DNA of 63,529 bases, the filler included, from Salisapilia sapeloensis CBS 127946 (taxonomy: Eukaryota > Protista > Oomycota), in NCBI GenBank assembly GCA_023334545.1. It is 8 parts of 8 records of this genome, joined end to end, with 100 filler letters (N's around TTAATTAATTAA, not from the genome) between each part and the next. Parts side by side here need not be neighbours in the genome. Positions count along the whole stretch, not along the records: positions 15,704 to 33,726 come from JAADVB010000328.1; positions 33,827 to 43,874 come from JAADVB010000451.1; 6 more parts are not named here. The stretch is one strand, 5' to 3'. The position numbers and the translations under genes are program-made. Under the pieces are notes generated by a model. That model did no database searches. It was not told where the DNA came from and saw nothing but the letters and a program-made list of their open reading frames with translations. Positions 24,902-37,292 of this stretch are shown in pieces; position 1 is the stretch's first letter, and every line of letters starts with the position of its first letter.

Positions 24902-25503
24902 GTATACGTAATTGAAGTCTATCGACATATCCATCATCTCTTACATATTTCAAGTACACAAAGCGACAGCTAGTCAATCAGCATATTCAGGCAAATCCAT
25001 CTATCACCTGAAAAGGCGCAGACAATCAGAGTTACGAGAATAGAAGCTTCGACCATAACGTCCATGTTGCTCGAAGCACTGAACGTTCTGAAAAGCATCA
25101 CTATTGACGACCTCGGTCAAGAAATTTGACTCGATATACTTTGCATCTTCTCTAGCATACAACAGCTTTTTCCCACCGATCTGATCAAGACGTGGCAACC
25201 TAGCATCCATGGCAACCTAGCATCTATGGCAGCTACCCACGACCTATACAAGCATTTCATCCTGCATGGTATGCCCGGTTAAATACAACTACCTTGACTA
25301 TCACTTTATATCTAGAATACGACTACGTTTATGAGACAGACAAAGAGAATCGGATTGGAAAAATTGGTATCGGAAGAGCATTCGGTGCTACTTTGCTCCT
25401 CTTTTCTCTGTGCTGAAAGCATTATTCACTACTAGCACTCGCTTAGGACCACTTTCTCAATAGCATTGATTTGCTATAGAAAAATCACCTCTCGTTCTGT
25501 ATC

Positions 25504-27302
25504 ATGGACGTGAAAATGGCAGACGAAAGCGGGGAAGACCCGCTCGATATGGTTGGCGCTCGCATTCGTCACTCTCAATCCACAGGCAATAGAGATACGT
25601 GGATCACGAGATACGATCCACACCTAGATGCCTATACACTCTACGCTCCATTCCAAGAAAAGCAGGTTCTCACTCGGAATGAGATGTCCGATTTGGCATC
25701 AGACACATCGACCTTGATCCAGCCACATGCCGAAAGCTCCATGTTAGAAGACACGAGTTCAAAATACGTCGGCATCTGGATCCAGAATCGAAATTCAGAC
25801 GGATCCATCCGTCATGCTATTGTCCAAGCCTACCTTCCGTTCCATGACACGTACTTAATCCAGTTCCAGAACGGAAGTTCCGAAGACATAGCAGAGATAG
25901 AACTCCATAATCGGATGATATTCACTTTACGGCAAACTTCTACGCCTCCTAGTACCGATGCTCCAGCGAAAAAGGTCAAGAAAGATAAAGGAAAGAGGAA
26001 ACAGGCGAATCCAGTCAAGAAGGCAGTCTCGACCGATAGTAGCGGTGGCAATATCCTCGACCTCACGTCTGATGTGGAGATGAAAGTCCAGCCTATCATA
26101 GACTTGGAGATAGAGGAACCTGTCGATAATCTGGTAGATGACGTCAGTGACGCTCCATCCGATCCAGTGGAACCACCAGTGGAACCACCAGTGGAGGAAT
26201 TAGCACCAATATCCCGTTCAGCTCTACTTCGAAATGCGCCAAATAGTAGGAAAGAACCTGTACAACCGTTAGAATCAAGAACAGCAGCTTTCAAGGTCGT
26301 TCGAGATGCCGTGGCAGAGCTACTCGAACGACCAGAGACAGAGGGAGAGAACACGAACACAATCCAACGTAGTGTCATCCACAATTCAGACATCAAAGTA
26401 CGTCCTACAAATATCATAATCTAAGCAAGAACTAACGTGCATTTCATTAGGATCGAGATGCTGTCCGACGATTTGTCGAAGCCAAAGGCATGCGTGTGTT
26501 AAACCAACTCCTAAAGACATACGCATCCGGTTGTGATGAAGATAAGTGCTGGAACCTCTCCTACATCCTCAAGGTACACTTCCTTCCATCTTAAACTGTC
26601 CTCGAACTAAACACAAGGTAGCTCATTGCGATGATATCGTCTCCGACTGAAGAGCAGGTGTCGGACAGTGGTATCGGCAAGACGATCGGATCACTCTGTC
26701 GTAAACACCCGACGCTCTGTCCTATCCCTTTGCCTCAACTCATTCGCGACTTGGCCAAGTACATTAAGAAGAAGTGGATTCGAGACATCAAGCGCTCTCC
26801 GACACTCAATAAACCAAAACGAGTCGCTCGAGCTCATGGTATACGTCCCACGCGTGCTACAGCGGGAATGAAACGACCGCGGGAACCAGACGTCAAGAGC
26901 AATCCTAAAGTCATCCCAGCACCGTCGGAAGCACCAAGAGTTCGCAGTCTCAAGCCTGACTGGATGCGCAAGGGTGAAGAGCTGTCGAGAACTCGCGTAA
27001 CGCTTTCGAATGATGAACATGCAGAGAGACGTAAGTATAAGGTGTCAGTGAGTTTAAATGAGCAACATCCAAAGGGCGGAGGAGAACGAGGAGTCTACGG
27101 TCGTCGTCAGAAACTGTCATTCGGATCGTCATGGCAGGTACAAGACTTTGACAAGCACCAGCCACCAAGTGACGTTAGCAAAGGCCGAATATCTCGATCG
27201 TCCGACTCGTCGCTAACGAGAGGTTACGGTGTCGACACGAAGCTTGGACACAAGTCGATTTTGCGTCAACAGAGTCAGTATAAAGATTCTCCGACCCTGT
27301 GA
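25504..27302 (+). CDS. TFIIS N-terminal (TND/LW) domain protein with N-terminal Tudor-like segments; possible PP1 regulator; at least 3 exons
   Basis: In-frame splicing gives ..DIK|DRDAVRRFVEAKGMRVLNQLL..WNLSYILK|LIAMISSPTEEQVSDSGIGKTIGSLCRK, which is TND-like. The C-terminus has RQKLSF and KSILR. Confidence 0.65.
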
Positions 27303-27361
27303 CTAGATGTTTTTGCGGTGGGACTCGGACGTGACGTACGCAACGAATAAATGTTATCTAC

Positions 27362-29742
27362 CTAGAGTTCCCAACTAGACAAGAGGTACCCCATGACATC
27401 CTACATGCATCATTAGTTTCCATCGTCATCGGCAAAAGGATATAAAAGTGTCGTACATCAATGTAGCTATCATGTTGACTCGGAGGCATGTGTAGATGCC
27501 GGACGTAGTTCTGCAGACTCGCACGGAGTTTGTCCTTCTTAAAGACATCCGACTTCCACGTCTCCTGCAGATCGATGCGACGAGGAAACGTGCTGTAGTA
27601 GTCAATCACGGCAATCACTTGCTCCGTACACACATACATGCTTCTACCATACTTTGTCCGGAGAGCCTGCAGTCGCATCTCCTTCTCCGACATGACCGAT
27701 GGCTCTCCTATACTCTCCACAGCATACTTTTTCATCGTTTCCATCGCTATCTCTACCTCCCGACGATAATCCACGAGCTCCTTCTCCACCTTGGCCTCCT
27801 TCTCATCCCCATTGCTATCCTTCTCCTCTGCATTGCTCGAAGTCTGAGACGCCTGTACCAGAGGCCCAACGACTGAAGTCTTGCCTTTCGTCTCAAACAT
27901 ACGTCCACTCGGATGCTCTTCACCTGACAAAGAAGACGTAAGCACCGTGACTGTCTGAGGCTTCTTGATTGTCGCCATAGGTTTCCGGCGCTTTCTCCTA
28001 GCAGACACTGGCCTCTTCACCTTCGTCTGTTCCATATCCTCCGTCGCTTTCGACGCAGGACTTGTCTTGCTATACAAGTACTTCCATACACTCGAGTACA
28101 CCGTTTCTCCATGATATTCTGTTCGCTTATACGTGCGTTGGACAGGACACAACTGATATGGCATCCCGACTACCTTTAACGATCCACTACGCAGTCGCTC
28201 TTGACGCACGTGGAAGTACCGGAAGAGACTGACTGGTGTCGTACGCTTCGTATCGTACGTACCGACGATACACCCGACGAACGGTTCTTTGACCTCCCCA
28301 TCGTCGCGCTTGAAGAGCTGCTGGTAGCTCGTCTGGTTGTCAATGTCTCGTACAGAAGGATCAGGAGCAAACGTCGGGTGCGAGTGGTACCACCCGACGA
28401 CCTCGAGCTCTGCGTTCTGAATGATTTCACGGAGCTCCACCTCACTCCCTGGATCCATCTCAACATCCGTCGATCCGTCGTCTCCGTCGATCATGAGCGA
28501 TCGACAGGGGAACGCGGCTTGGATATACAACGTCCGAGTGGCTGCATCCCACTTGCCACCAAGGAATCCGATGATCTCACACGTCGCGAGATGGGCGTGG
28601 AGGTCACTGATGAACGTCGCGTCTGGATGGACTTTGACTTGGAACGGCGCGTCGAGATTCTGCTCCGTCTGTCGAGATCCGGAGACAGCATCTCCTTTGT
28701 ACAGTTCACACTGGACCATCGTATGTGGATCTAAATTCCCGTCTACCAAGTTCTCTCGGATTTGATTCTGCTGGACGGAACGACTGGAACGTTTCGATCG
28801 TCCTTCGTCCTTGGGTTTTTCGACATCACTACGAACGTTCGCGCCGTCATCCGCAAAGATAGTATCATCCCAGACAAGATCCTGCTGTACTTGCAACAAC
28901 TTCGTATCGCTTGAAGCTTGTGCCTTGTGCTTTGTCCAGATGAACGATAGAGGAGACGTCTCTTGGATAGGAGATGCCGTCGGAGGATCTACAGACTCTA
29001 CTATAGTCTCGGACTCGTCTGTCACGTTAACCGAAGATACTTTCTTTTCTTTCGTTGGCTTCTTCCGTCCATTCGTCTCTCGTTTCTCCACCTTTCGACT
29101 CTTCTTAGGCACAGGACGCTCCAAGTCTTCATCCGTCTCGACCTTCTTCCTCTGTTTACTTGCTCGTCCGTTCTTCTTTACTTTCTTCGGAGCTGACTTT
29201 GGCGTTTCCACCTCTTCCCACTCTGGAACGACCGAGATGACTGGAGACACCTGCGCCAATGCTTGGGCATCTTCCTCCGTATACTCCTCCCCCATGTGCA
29301 AAAGCTGATCAGCGTTCACAAGAGCACGTTTGAAACTCGCACGCAGTCTCTTGTGCTTTTCACTGAATTTCTGACGCTCCGCCATCTCGTGATAGTGCAT
29401 GCCGTAGTCTCGAATGTCTCGCGGATCCAGCTTGAGTATCGAATAATTGTTTTCATCGAGAAATAGGACGACACAAGAAGAGACAAGCGGTGCATCGGGG
29501 TTGTTCACATCATCCGGATGCTTCTCCGGCAACGGAAGTGCTTTATACCCGTCCGGTAGGCTCAATCCACTCGCAATCACCGCCTGCCAGGATCGAAAGA
29601 GGACACCTGGCCACCATGGAAAGCCCTTGAGCTTCGCCCAAACGACGCTATAGTCTAGGAACTCGCTGTCTATTTGCTGTAGTAGCTCTGCTTGTGCATG
29701 CCACTCTTGTGTCTTCCGAGTCGCCTCCAGCGGCACTATCAT
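27362..29742 (-). CDS. PWWP + MPN/JAMM domain protein (MPND/MYSM1-like putative deubiquitinase); short terminal exon after an intron near 27400-27455
   Basis: YSVVWAKLKGFPWWPG is a PWWP motif. CEIIGFLGG..GWYHSHPTFAPDPSVRD is a complete E..HSH-x7-S-x2-D JAMM motif. Confidence 0.88.
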
Positions 29743-29833
29743 CGTGGTCGAGAGCAGCGGACCGTGTCGTGGGAGGTCTTGTGATGGTATACAAAAACCA
29801 AGTCATTTTCGAAACACGCGAGAAGCGGACAAT

Positions 29834-32119
29834 ATGAAGGTGGAGCCGGTGGAGGCCGATTTCGAGCACCATGTCGTGATTGATGGAGATATCTTGGGCA
29901 CGACAGCACCTTTGGAACTATCGCAACTTGATCGAGTCATTCAAAGTGTACGTAAACTCGTAAAATGCATGAAAGAGAGACTAGTAGGAACCGTTATCAT
30001 CCAATTTGTGTCCTAGACCACAAGAGGCTTGGTAGTATTCCCGAAAATCCAGAGCCGATTAGAATGCATTCGATCCCAAGTTATTGATCAAAAGTATGTG
30101 GATGCAAGACTTACTTTTTCAATTTCTTTGATTCTATAAGCATCTGCATTAGCCTCCTGCTACCTGCGACTGCCGTGTCCGAGACAATTCGGCTCTTGGA
30201 AACCATTCCAGACGCTCTACGATACTTTAAAGTTAGCATCGTCAAAGGTATGTCCATATCGCCATTACCATGAATATTAGCTCATCCGAATGCCCTTAGA
30301 ATTAACTGGCATCCCGCTCGGATCCACCGTGCCGCAGTTCATCGGGACTTCTACAGATCCTCCTGCTCCTGTTAAAAGTCCTCCTATCCCTCCGATAAAA
30401 GAGGTTCAGATCAAGCCCGAGCCATCTCTAAAAGTATCCAAAGCAGGTGTCAAACGAGCCCGTGCAGATGTTCATTTACGATCAAATGCTTCAAAAAGCA
30501 CTCGAACGCATGCAACGACTCGTACCTCCGACATAACTCCAACCGTGCCAAACCCTTGGGAAGATGTAGAATACCGGTCGGTGGAATGCATTAACATCCA
30601 GAACGAAGGAGCTGTCGAACGTGTTCGTACGCTTCGATACACAGGCACACCATTCCTTCTCGAAGGTCATCCAAATTGGATGAAGTTTGCCGATGGCTGG
30701 GTGCGTAGTGACGGCTCGCTCGACACATCCAATTTCCTTCGTGGTCTTCATGACGTTCAAGTCCCTGTGCTTGAACGTAATTATGAAGAAGTAAATCCGA
30801 TTAATACGCACGTCAGTCTCTCGCACTTTGTCAAACAGTTTTGGGAAAAAGGAAAAGCAGAGTACTACCTGCATCAATGGCAATTTCCACTTAATCCTGT
30901 CGCGAATAAACTCTTGTGTTACAAAAGTGAACACTTGCCTGTCCTCGGGACGAACCTACTGGACTATTGGCTTGATGCCGTTCGACGTGACAACCCGTTG
31001 CAATACCTCTTCATGGGACACCAATCCACTTGCAGTCGTATGCACCAAGATCATGGCGGTCTTGACATTACCATTGCGCCCATTGTCGGCACGAAACGCG
31101 TCACGATGCTCCATCGAAATGCTGGCAAGCTAGACACGATCCACGGTCAAGTCGACTTCCACGACATCAATTTGGATCAAAACCCCATGCTCGCCTTCAT
31201 CCGCGCTTGGCAAGTCGACGTCAAGCCAGGACAGATCCTGTACATGCCCGACGGCACCTTCCACGCATGTGAAAACATCACGGCTTGTCTGTCCTATCAC
31301 CGCTTCCACGTCGATTCAGTCAATCTCCCGGGCTTCCTCCACTCGTTCTTTGCGCAGGATGCACAGACGATCCACCACGCTGAGATCCTATGGAACGCGA
31401 CGCATGACGTCATATCGGACTTAGAAGATGCGTTCTCCGCGAACAATGAGACGCTACCGAACACTAGTACCATCCGTCGGCAGCTAGATACTGTACGAGC
31501 TCTACGCCACGCATGTCGAGCCATATCGCTTGAAGACGCGGTCCCGACGACAGACAATTGGGAATGGACGCAGATCTTGCATGACATCGACCAGCTCCTA
31601 TTGAAAATGGATCCGTCAGCCAAGACACAGGCGCCAAAGGACTGCACGACGGAACGGAAGAGAGAGAAGACAGGGACGAAAAGAAGGGAAGTGAATGTGA
31701 AGGAAGAGCCGAAGACGACGACTGCTTCTAGTCGATGGGAAGAGCTCAATGTTCATGTTGGTGACATCGTCGGCGTCCAAGTCGCGTCGAATGGCTTCCG
31801 TGCAAAGGTACAAAAGGTCGTGTCGAATATGCAGCTATGTAAAGTCCATTACACTGGCTGGGGAAGTGTCTACGATGAGTACCTACCTATCAGTGCTCTG
31901 TATAAACCAGGGAAAAAGGTGCAGTATAAGAAGGCACCAGCAGTGAATGAAGTCGTGCAGGCCAAGTGGGGTAGCTGCACCGTCCTCTTCTCTGCTGTTG
32001 TGCACAAGGTTATACGATCCGACGCTTGTAAGGTGCATTACCTTAAGCTCGAAGATGACTGGGATCAATGGCTACTTCCGCATCAGATCTTTAGGAACTA
32101 CGGACCGGATAAAGAATAA
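29834..32119 (+). CDS. JmjC-domain 2-oxoglutarate oxygenase with two C-terminal Tudor-knot/chromo-barrel-like domains (main exon 30290-32119; 5' exons from 29834 tentative)
   Basis: YLHQWQF, YLFMG..SRMHQD, GTKRV and PGQILYMPDGTFHACEN give an intact HxD..H triad. KVHYTGWGSVYDEY and KVHYLKLEDDWDQW are barrel motifs. Confidence 0.85.
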
Positions 32120-32155
32120 ACAGATACTTGTATGAGGTGCAAGTGTTAGTTGCGT

Positions 32156-33077
32156 TTAAAAGTCACACGTGTCTAGACGTGCAATGTTCGGACTATTGTC
32201 TGCGTCGTTCTCTTCATTACCTTCTGGTATCGGAGATATGCTCAGCTTCTTCTGGCGTACGTGTATCTTCGTTGTTATCGTACTTGTACGCCACGTTGGA
32301 CGAGCGCCTTGCTCTTGAAGCAATTGGATCAGTTTGATATGGTCTTCTTGATCTTGTTCGCTACAAGACGCGTTCATGGCACAAGACAGAGGCATGACAT
32401 CATCCTGAAAAGCACGGTTAGAACGAGAGGTAGTTGCATGCAAATGGCGGAAATACATTGGCAACGGCATTGATGTCAGCTCCGAACAGGATTAGTAGGT
32501 AGGCAGTCTTGAACAGATTCTGTTGACAAGCTAGATGTAGTGGAGCTAGCAAGTCTCCAGGTCGCTAGGAAACAAATTTAATACCACAGGAGAGTTAGAT
32601 GGTTGGAAAAGGTAGAGTACCTGCCAGTTGACATCCATGCCAGCGTTCAGAAGCCAACGTAGAAACGATTGTGCAGCATCTTGATCAGACGGATGATGGA
32701 TGCTTTCGATTACTAGATGCAGAGCGTTTTTCAGGTACGGACGATGGATATCTAGTCCATTGGAAACGAGAAAGTGAAGCAGGTCCACTCGACGAGAGGA
32801 ACAAGCTAGATGAAAGACTCTCACACCGTAGAATATTGGAATCCGCTATGTATCAGTCGTAAATAGTCTAGTGAAGGTATCATATAGACTGGAAGGCTAC
32901 GTGGGGAGAGTAATCGAGTAGATGCTGCATCTCCCGGACTCGACCTTGTGTTGCCAATTGGACGAGGGAGCGTCCGAGATCGACTAGTGCTGCTGCTACC
33001 GCTTGATCCTGTTCTCTCAACCGCTCCAAAAACTTCATCTCATCCGCTAGACTATCCGTTGACCGAAAGGACGTCAT
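32156..33077 (-). CDS. Ankyrin-repeat protein, multi-exon
   Basis: FHLACSSRRVDLLHFLV, NALHLVI..LLNAGMDVNWQ and LLILFGADINAVAN motifs are joined by GT-AG introns. Confidence 0.75.
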
Positions 33078-33426
33078 GATGGACTTATATCTTAATAAGC
33101 GACCTTCGGTAGAGGATCTGATGGTTACGATAACAAAAGATATTGAAACTTGGGGACACAAGAGAGCTTTTTCATTTCTTTTACTTTACTAACGAGTTTC
33201 CATCTAGCCTCTACGCGCATCCGTCGTTGCTATTCCTTCATCTGGTACACCTATATTATCGATGGAGTCTGCGAAGCAGCGTTAAGAATTTTCCGTCCAT
33301 TTTTCCATTAATCTCCTCAGATCATGCCCATAATGGAAGGAGATAAGGAACCAAGGCACTATTTGAGGGTAGTCTTCCGTCTCTATAAATGTCTGTTTGG
33401 CAGCATAACCAAAAGCAAGAGCAGAA

Positions 33427-33726
33427 AAGGTTGTGCTTGCTGAGCAGATAATCGAATAGTACATAAGGAATTTCCGGTGATTATGAAAAAAAGCATAGAT
33501 GGATTGTAATAGGAGTCACTGTGAAAATCCCTGGTTGTTTGTCCAGCTCTTACGTCATTTTCCACGTATATCGTTCGTTCCTCTGCCATGTTTTGGCGGG
33601 ACTAGTGTCGAGCTTATCGTGGTAGATCAGCGAAGCCCTTCAGGTTGAAGTGTAATTCGCTTTATTTCCAACACTGAGCTCTTCGCCAATTCAGTGGGAC
33701 AAAGTACAGTGCGAGTTGAAAAATCG
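33427..33726 (-). mobile_element. Copy 2 of the dispersed decayed repeat family (contig ends inside it)
   Basis: Homologous to 20955-21250 and 57100-57390. Confidence 0.75.
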
Positions 33727-33826
33727 NNNNNNNNNNNNNNNNNNNNNNNNNNNNNNNNNNNNNNNNNNNNTTAATTAATTAANNNNNNNNNNNNNNNNNN
33801 NNNNNNNNNNNNNNNNNNNNNNNNNN
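33727..33826. other. Artificial contig spacer
   Basis: N run with TTAATTAATTAA. Confidence 0.99.
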
Positions 33827-34548
33827 GAAGGATTGTTTTCGGGTGCAAGTTCTGCATGGACGGGTCTAGCAGACCGGCTCGCAGTCCTCTCGTCTTCTCA
33901 CCTAGCTTCAATGGAGGTACGTTTCAGTAGATCTGCGATGTAGGCCGCACTAGATACGCGGCCAACTTCTCTCCGCACAAGATGACACGAATCTTTAATC
34001 GGGATGCGATGCTCTGCGAAAGACAAGCCTTGGAAGAGTCTGGTCACCCGAGCAAGACTCAGTTTCTTTCTGTCTACGCGAACTAATCTTCTTTCTCCTA
34101 TAACCGCTTCACCTCCGTCCTTGGACCCCCAATATAATCCATCAATTAGGCAGAGAATGCCACCACGAAGTCTCCCTCAGCGCTCCCCACAGTCCCATTT
34201 GCGGCCTCGAGCACTTCAGGTCTCGCGGCTCAGACACTTCAGGTCCCGCCGCCCAGACAGTTCAGGTCCCACGACACAGTCCAGGTCCCCAGGCGTGTCG
34301 CATACCGTATGGCGCGAGTCACGGAGTTCCAATTTCGCGGATCTTCCGTATCCCCACGCGACACCATACAAAAAACGAGTCGGCGGTCCGATTTGTATCC
34401 CAGCCGAAGCATCCGATCCCCCCGTCTTCGTCCCTCGACTAGATGTGCACACCTACGCCCTAACAAACGCAAACTGCACAGTCAAACGGTGTCTTTATTC
34501 GCCGTCATCCACGCCTCCTGATCCTCCGCTCGCCGACGACCGATTCAG

Positions 34549-34567
34549 TCTCACTTTCCAATTCTCG
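34549..34567 (+). promoter_or_regulatory. Oomycete INR+FPR core promoter of INO1
   Basis: TCTCACTTTCCAATTCTCG lies about 40 nt upstream of ATG 34603 and matches the oomycete TCAYTY..CAWTT consensus. Confidence 0.65.
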
Positions 34568-34602
34568 CTGCCCAGCGCACACGTCCCAAGAACCAACACA
34601 AG

Positions 34603-36156
34603 ATGGCCACGTCCGAATTCATCCGCGACCCGATCAAGATCAACAGCGACCATGTCACCTACACTGACGACGCCATCACAGCCGAGTACGCCTACCATGT
34701 CACCAAGGTCGAAGGCAACGTTGCCACGCCCGTCTCCGAAAAATACTCCTTCCGCACCGAGCGCAAGGTCCCCAAGCTCGGCGTTATGATTGTCGGTCTC
34801 GGCGGCAACAACGGATCCACGCTTGTCGGCGGCGTCCTCGCCAACAAGCACAACCTCACTTGGCACACAAAGGAAGGCGAGCAGCACGCCAACTACCTCG
34901 GTAGCATCACCCAGGCGTCCACCGTTAAGCTCGGAGTGGATGCCAAGGGAGACAACGTCTACGTGCCGTTCTCCCACTTGCTCCCGATGGTTCACCCGAA
35001 CGACATGGTCATCGGCGGCTGGGACATCTCGGCCATGAACTTGGCCGACGCCATGGAGCGTGCCAAGGTCTTTGACTACGGCCTCCAGCAGCAGCTGCGT
35101 CCGCTCATGGAAGACATCAAGCCCTTGCCTTCGATCTACTACCCCGACTTCATCGCCGCGAACCAGAGTGACCGTGCTGACAACGTACTCCAGGGCTCCA
35201 AGCAGGACAACCTCGAGGCTGTGCGCAAGCAGATCCGCGACTTCAAGGCCGACAACGGCGTCGACAAAGTCATCGTACTCTGGTCCGCCAACACGGAGCG
35301 CTACGCCGACATCGTCGAAGGCGTTAACGACACGAGCGCCAACTTGCTGAACGCGATCAAGGCTGGGGAAGATGAGGTGTCTCCGTCCACGATCTTTGCC
35401 ATCGCTTCGATCCTCGAAGGCTGCTCGTACATCAACGGCAGTCCCCAGAACACGTTCGTGCCCGGTGTGCTCGACTTGGCCGAGGAGAAAAAGGTCTTTG
35501 TGGGCGGCGACGACTTCAAGAGCGGTCAGACCAAGATGAAGTCGGTGCTCGTGGACTTCCTCGTGTCAGCCGGCATGAAGCCCGAGTCCATCGTGTCATA
35601 CAACCACCTGGGCAACAACGACGGTAAGAACTTGTCTGCCCCGCAGCAGTTCCGGTCGAAGGAGATCAGCAAGTCCAACGTTGTCGATGACATGGTCGCG
35701 TCGAACAAGATCGTGTACGACGAAGGCGAGCACCCGGACCACGTCGTCGTCATCAAGTACGTGCCGCACGTGGGTGACAGCAAGCGCGCCATGGACGAGT
35801 TCACCAGCCGCATCTTCATGAACGGCACGAACACGATCGCCTTGCACAACACGTGTGAGGACTCTCTGCTCGCCACGCCGCTCATCCTGGACCTGGTCAT
35901 CGTGTGTGAGCTGGCGGAGCGCATCACAATCAAGAAGGAAGGCTCGGACGAGTACGAGCGTCTGCACTCGGTCCTGACCATCCTGAGCTACATGCTCAAG
36001 GCTCCTCTCGTGCCGCGAGGGACGCCGGTGGTCAACGCCCTCTTTGCCCAGCGCGAGTGTTTGAGCAACATCCTCCGTGCTTGTGTCGGTCTCCCAGCGG
36101 ACAACTATATGGGTCTCGAGAACAAGCTCACGAGCATCATCGCTGGTAGGAAGTAG
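34603..36156 (+). CDS. INO1: myo-inositol-1-phosphate synthase
   Basis: [47 protein letters not shown] and [10 protein letters not shown] motifs; intronless with strong GC3 codon bias. Confidence 0.98.
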   Translation: MATSEFIRDPIKINSDHVTYTDDAITAEYAYHVTKVEGNVATPVSEKYSFRTERKVPKLGVMIVGLGGNNGSTLVGGVLANKHNLTWHTKEGEQHANYLGSITQASTVKLGVDAKGDNVYVPFSHLLPMVHPNDMVIGGWDISAMNLADAMERAKVFDYGLQQQLRPLMEDIKPLPSIYYPDFIAANQSDRADNVLQGSKQDNLEAVRKQIRDFKADNGVDKVIVLWSANTERYADIVEGVNDTSANLLNAIKAGEDEVSPSTIFAIASILEGCSYINGSPQNTFVPGVLDLAEEKKVFVGGDDFKSGQTKMKSVLVDFLVSAGMKPESIVSYNHLGNNDGKNLSAPQQFRSKEISKSNVVDDMVASNKIVYDEGEHPDHVVVIKYVPHVGDSKRAMDEFTSRIFMNGTNTIALHNTCEDSLLATPLILDLVIVCELAERITIKKEGSDEYERLHSVLTILSYMLKAPLVPRGTPVVNALFAQRECLSNILRACVGLPADNYMGLENKLTSIIAGRK

Positions 36157-37292
36157 AGTGTTTTGTAGTCTGTAGATGGTATGGATCAGTTTCCCCCTCG
36201 CTCGAGCGCCAAAGGAGGTATTCAACAGTACCTTTGGCTCGCTAGTGAAGGCAGTACGTGCATTTGACAATATAAAAGGAATTCAAACAACATCTACGAG
36301 TTACTTGCGTAGGGATCGAAGGAGCATCGGCATGAGGCGGATACACTGCTTTCCTATCGACATTTTGGAGGAAGGTTTCTACAGAGAGCCTAGTGGAGAA
36401 GATCACCATCATGCATGGAATGGTAATCTCGACTTGTGGATACTTACCGGGAGGGATAAAGTCACGTGAAAAAGATTCACAATCGCACCTTATGCAATGC
36501 TAATTTGGGCTGATGTCCTCTACATGACGTACGCGCTGCCGAGTATCTTTATCGCTGGCATGCAGCATTCACAAAAGGAAGCTGAATTACCAAGCGTGCC
36601 AATCAGTACGAGTATTGTGCCATCACGCTCTGCAAACGAAGGTAGGACGTCATGACCACTCGTCACTACCTATGCTCTCCACTCGACCATCCTGACCATA
36701 CGACAGCAGGCGTTAGGATGCGATGCATGCGCACGCAGCTTGAGACCTGTACTGTACTAAGAAGCTGAATGAAATCCCGGTTTGCTAGCAGAATAAAGTC
36801 TTCATGTGAATTCAACGATCATAGACTAGCCATCACGGCATACGAGAAACTAACTGCATGCCTAGCAGACGTCAGAACCAGTCGACGATATATATGCCAC
36901 TGGTAGCTTCCACTTGTTGGAGCCGTGGAAATGCATCTGCCAAGCACTCTTTGCTGGTAAAGGATATCTGTATGACGCGTACGGCAGAAAACATATACAC
37001 CGAACGTGCCTCTTTCTACGGATAGCATTAGAGCTGAATCGAAGCATTAACAAGACTTTGGATGACCAAATAAAACGTTTGAATTCGTGTCGTCTAATGA
37101 GACTAGGAAGGAAGGCATCTAGACCACCAGGAACAAGAACAATGTTGAAAGGGAAAACATGCATCTTATTTAAAATTAAAAAGGAAACATTGGAAAGCTG
37201 GAAATGGTTACTGGAAATCGGAAATCGGAAATGCTGGAAAGGAAATCACGGGCGGGTGGATGGATACACTCGCCGGTCACAAGTCACTCGAC

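Noticed and set aside
25004-25210. 68-aa minus-strand ORF with a short ATGGCAACCTAGCATC duplication
   Set aside because: No motif or promoter support; likely intergenic.
33282-33589. Two short minus-strand ORFs (MAEERT.., MYYSII..) as a small membrane-protein gene
   Set aside because: Most of the interval is copy 2 of the decayed repeat family, and no consistent splice model joins them.
34004-36270. Long alternative-frame and antisense ORFs over INO1 (also over GPA1, H3, TKL and the sugar transporter)
   Set aside because: They are expected shadows of GC3-biased coding sequence with few off-frame stops.
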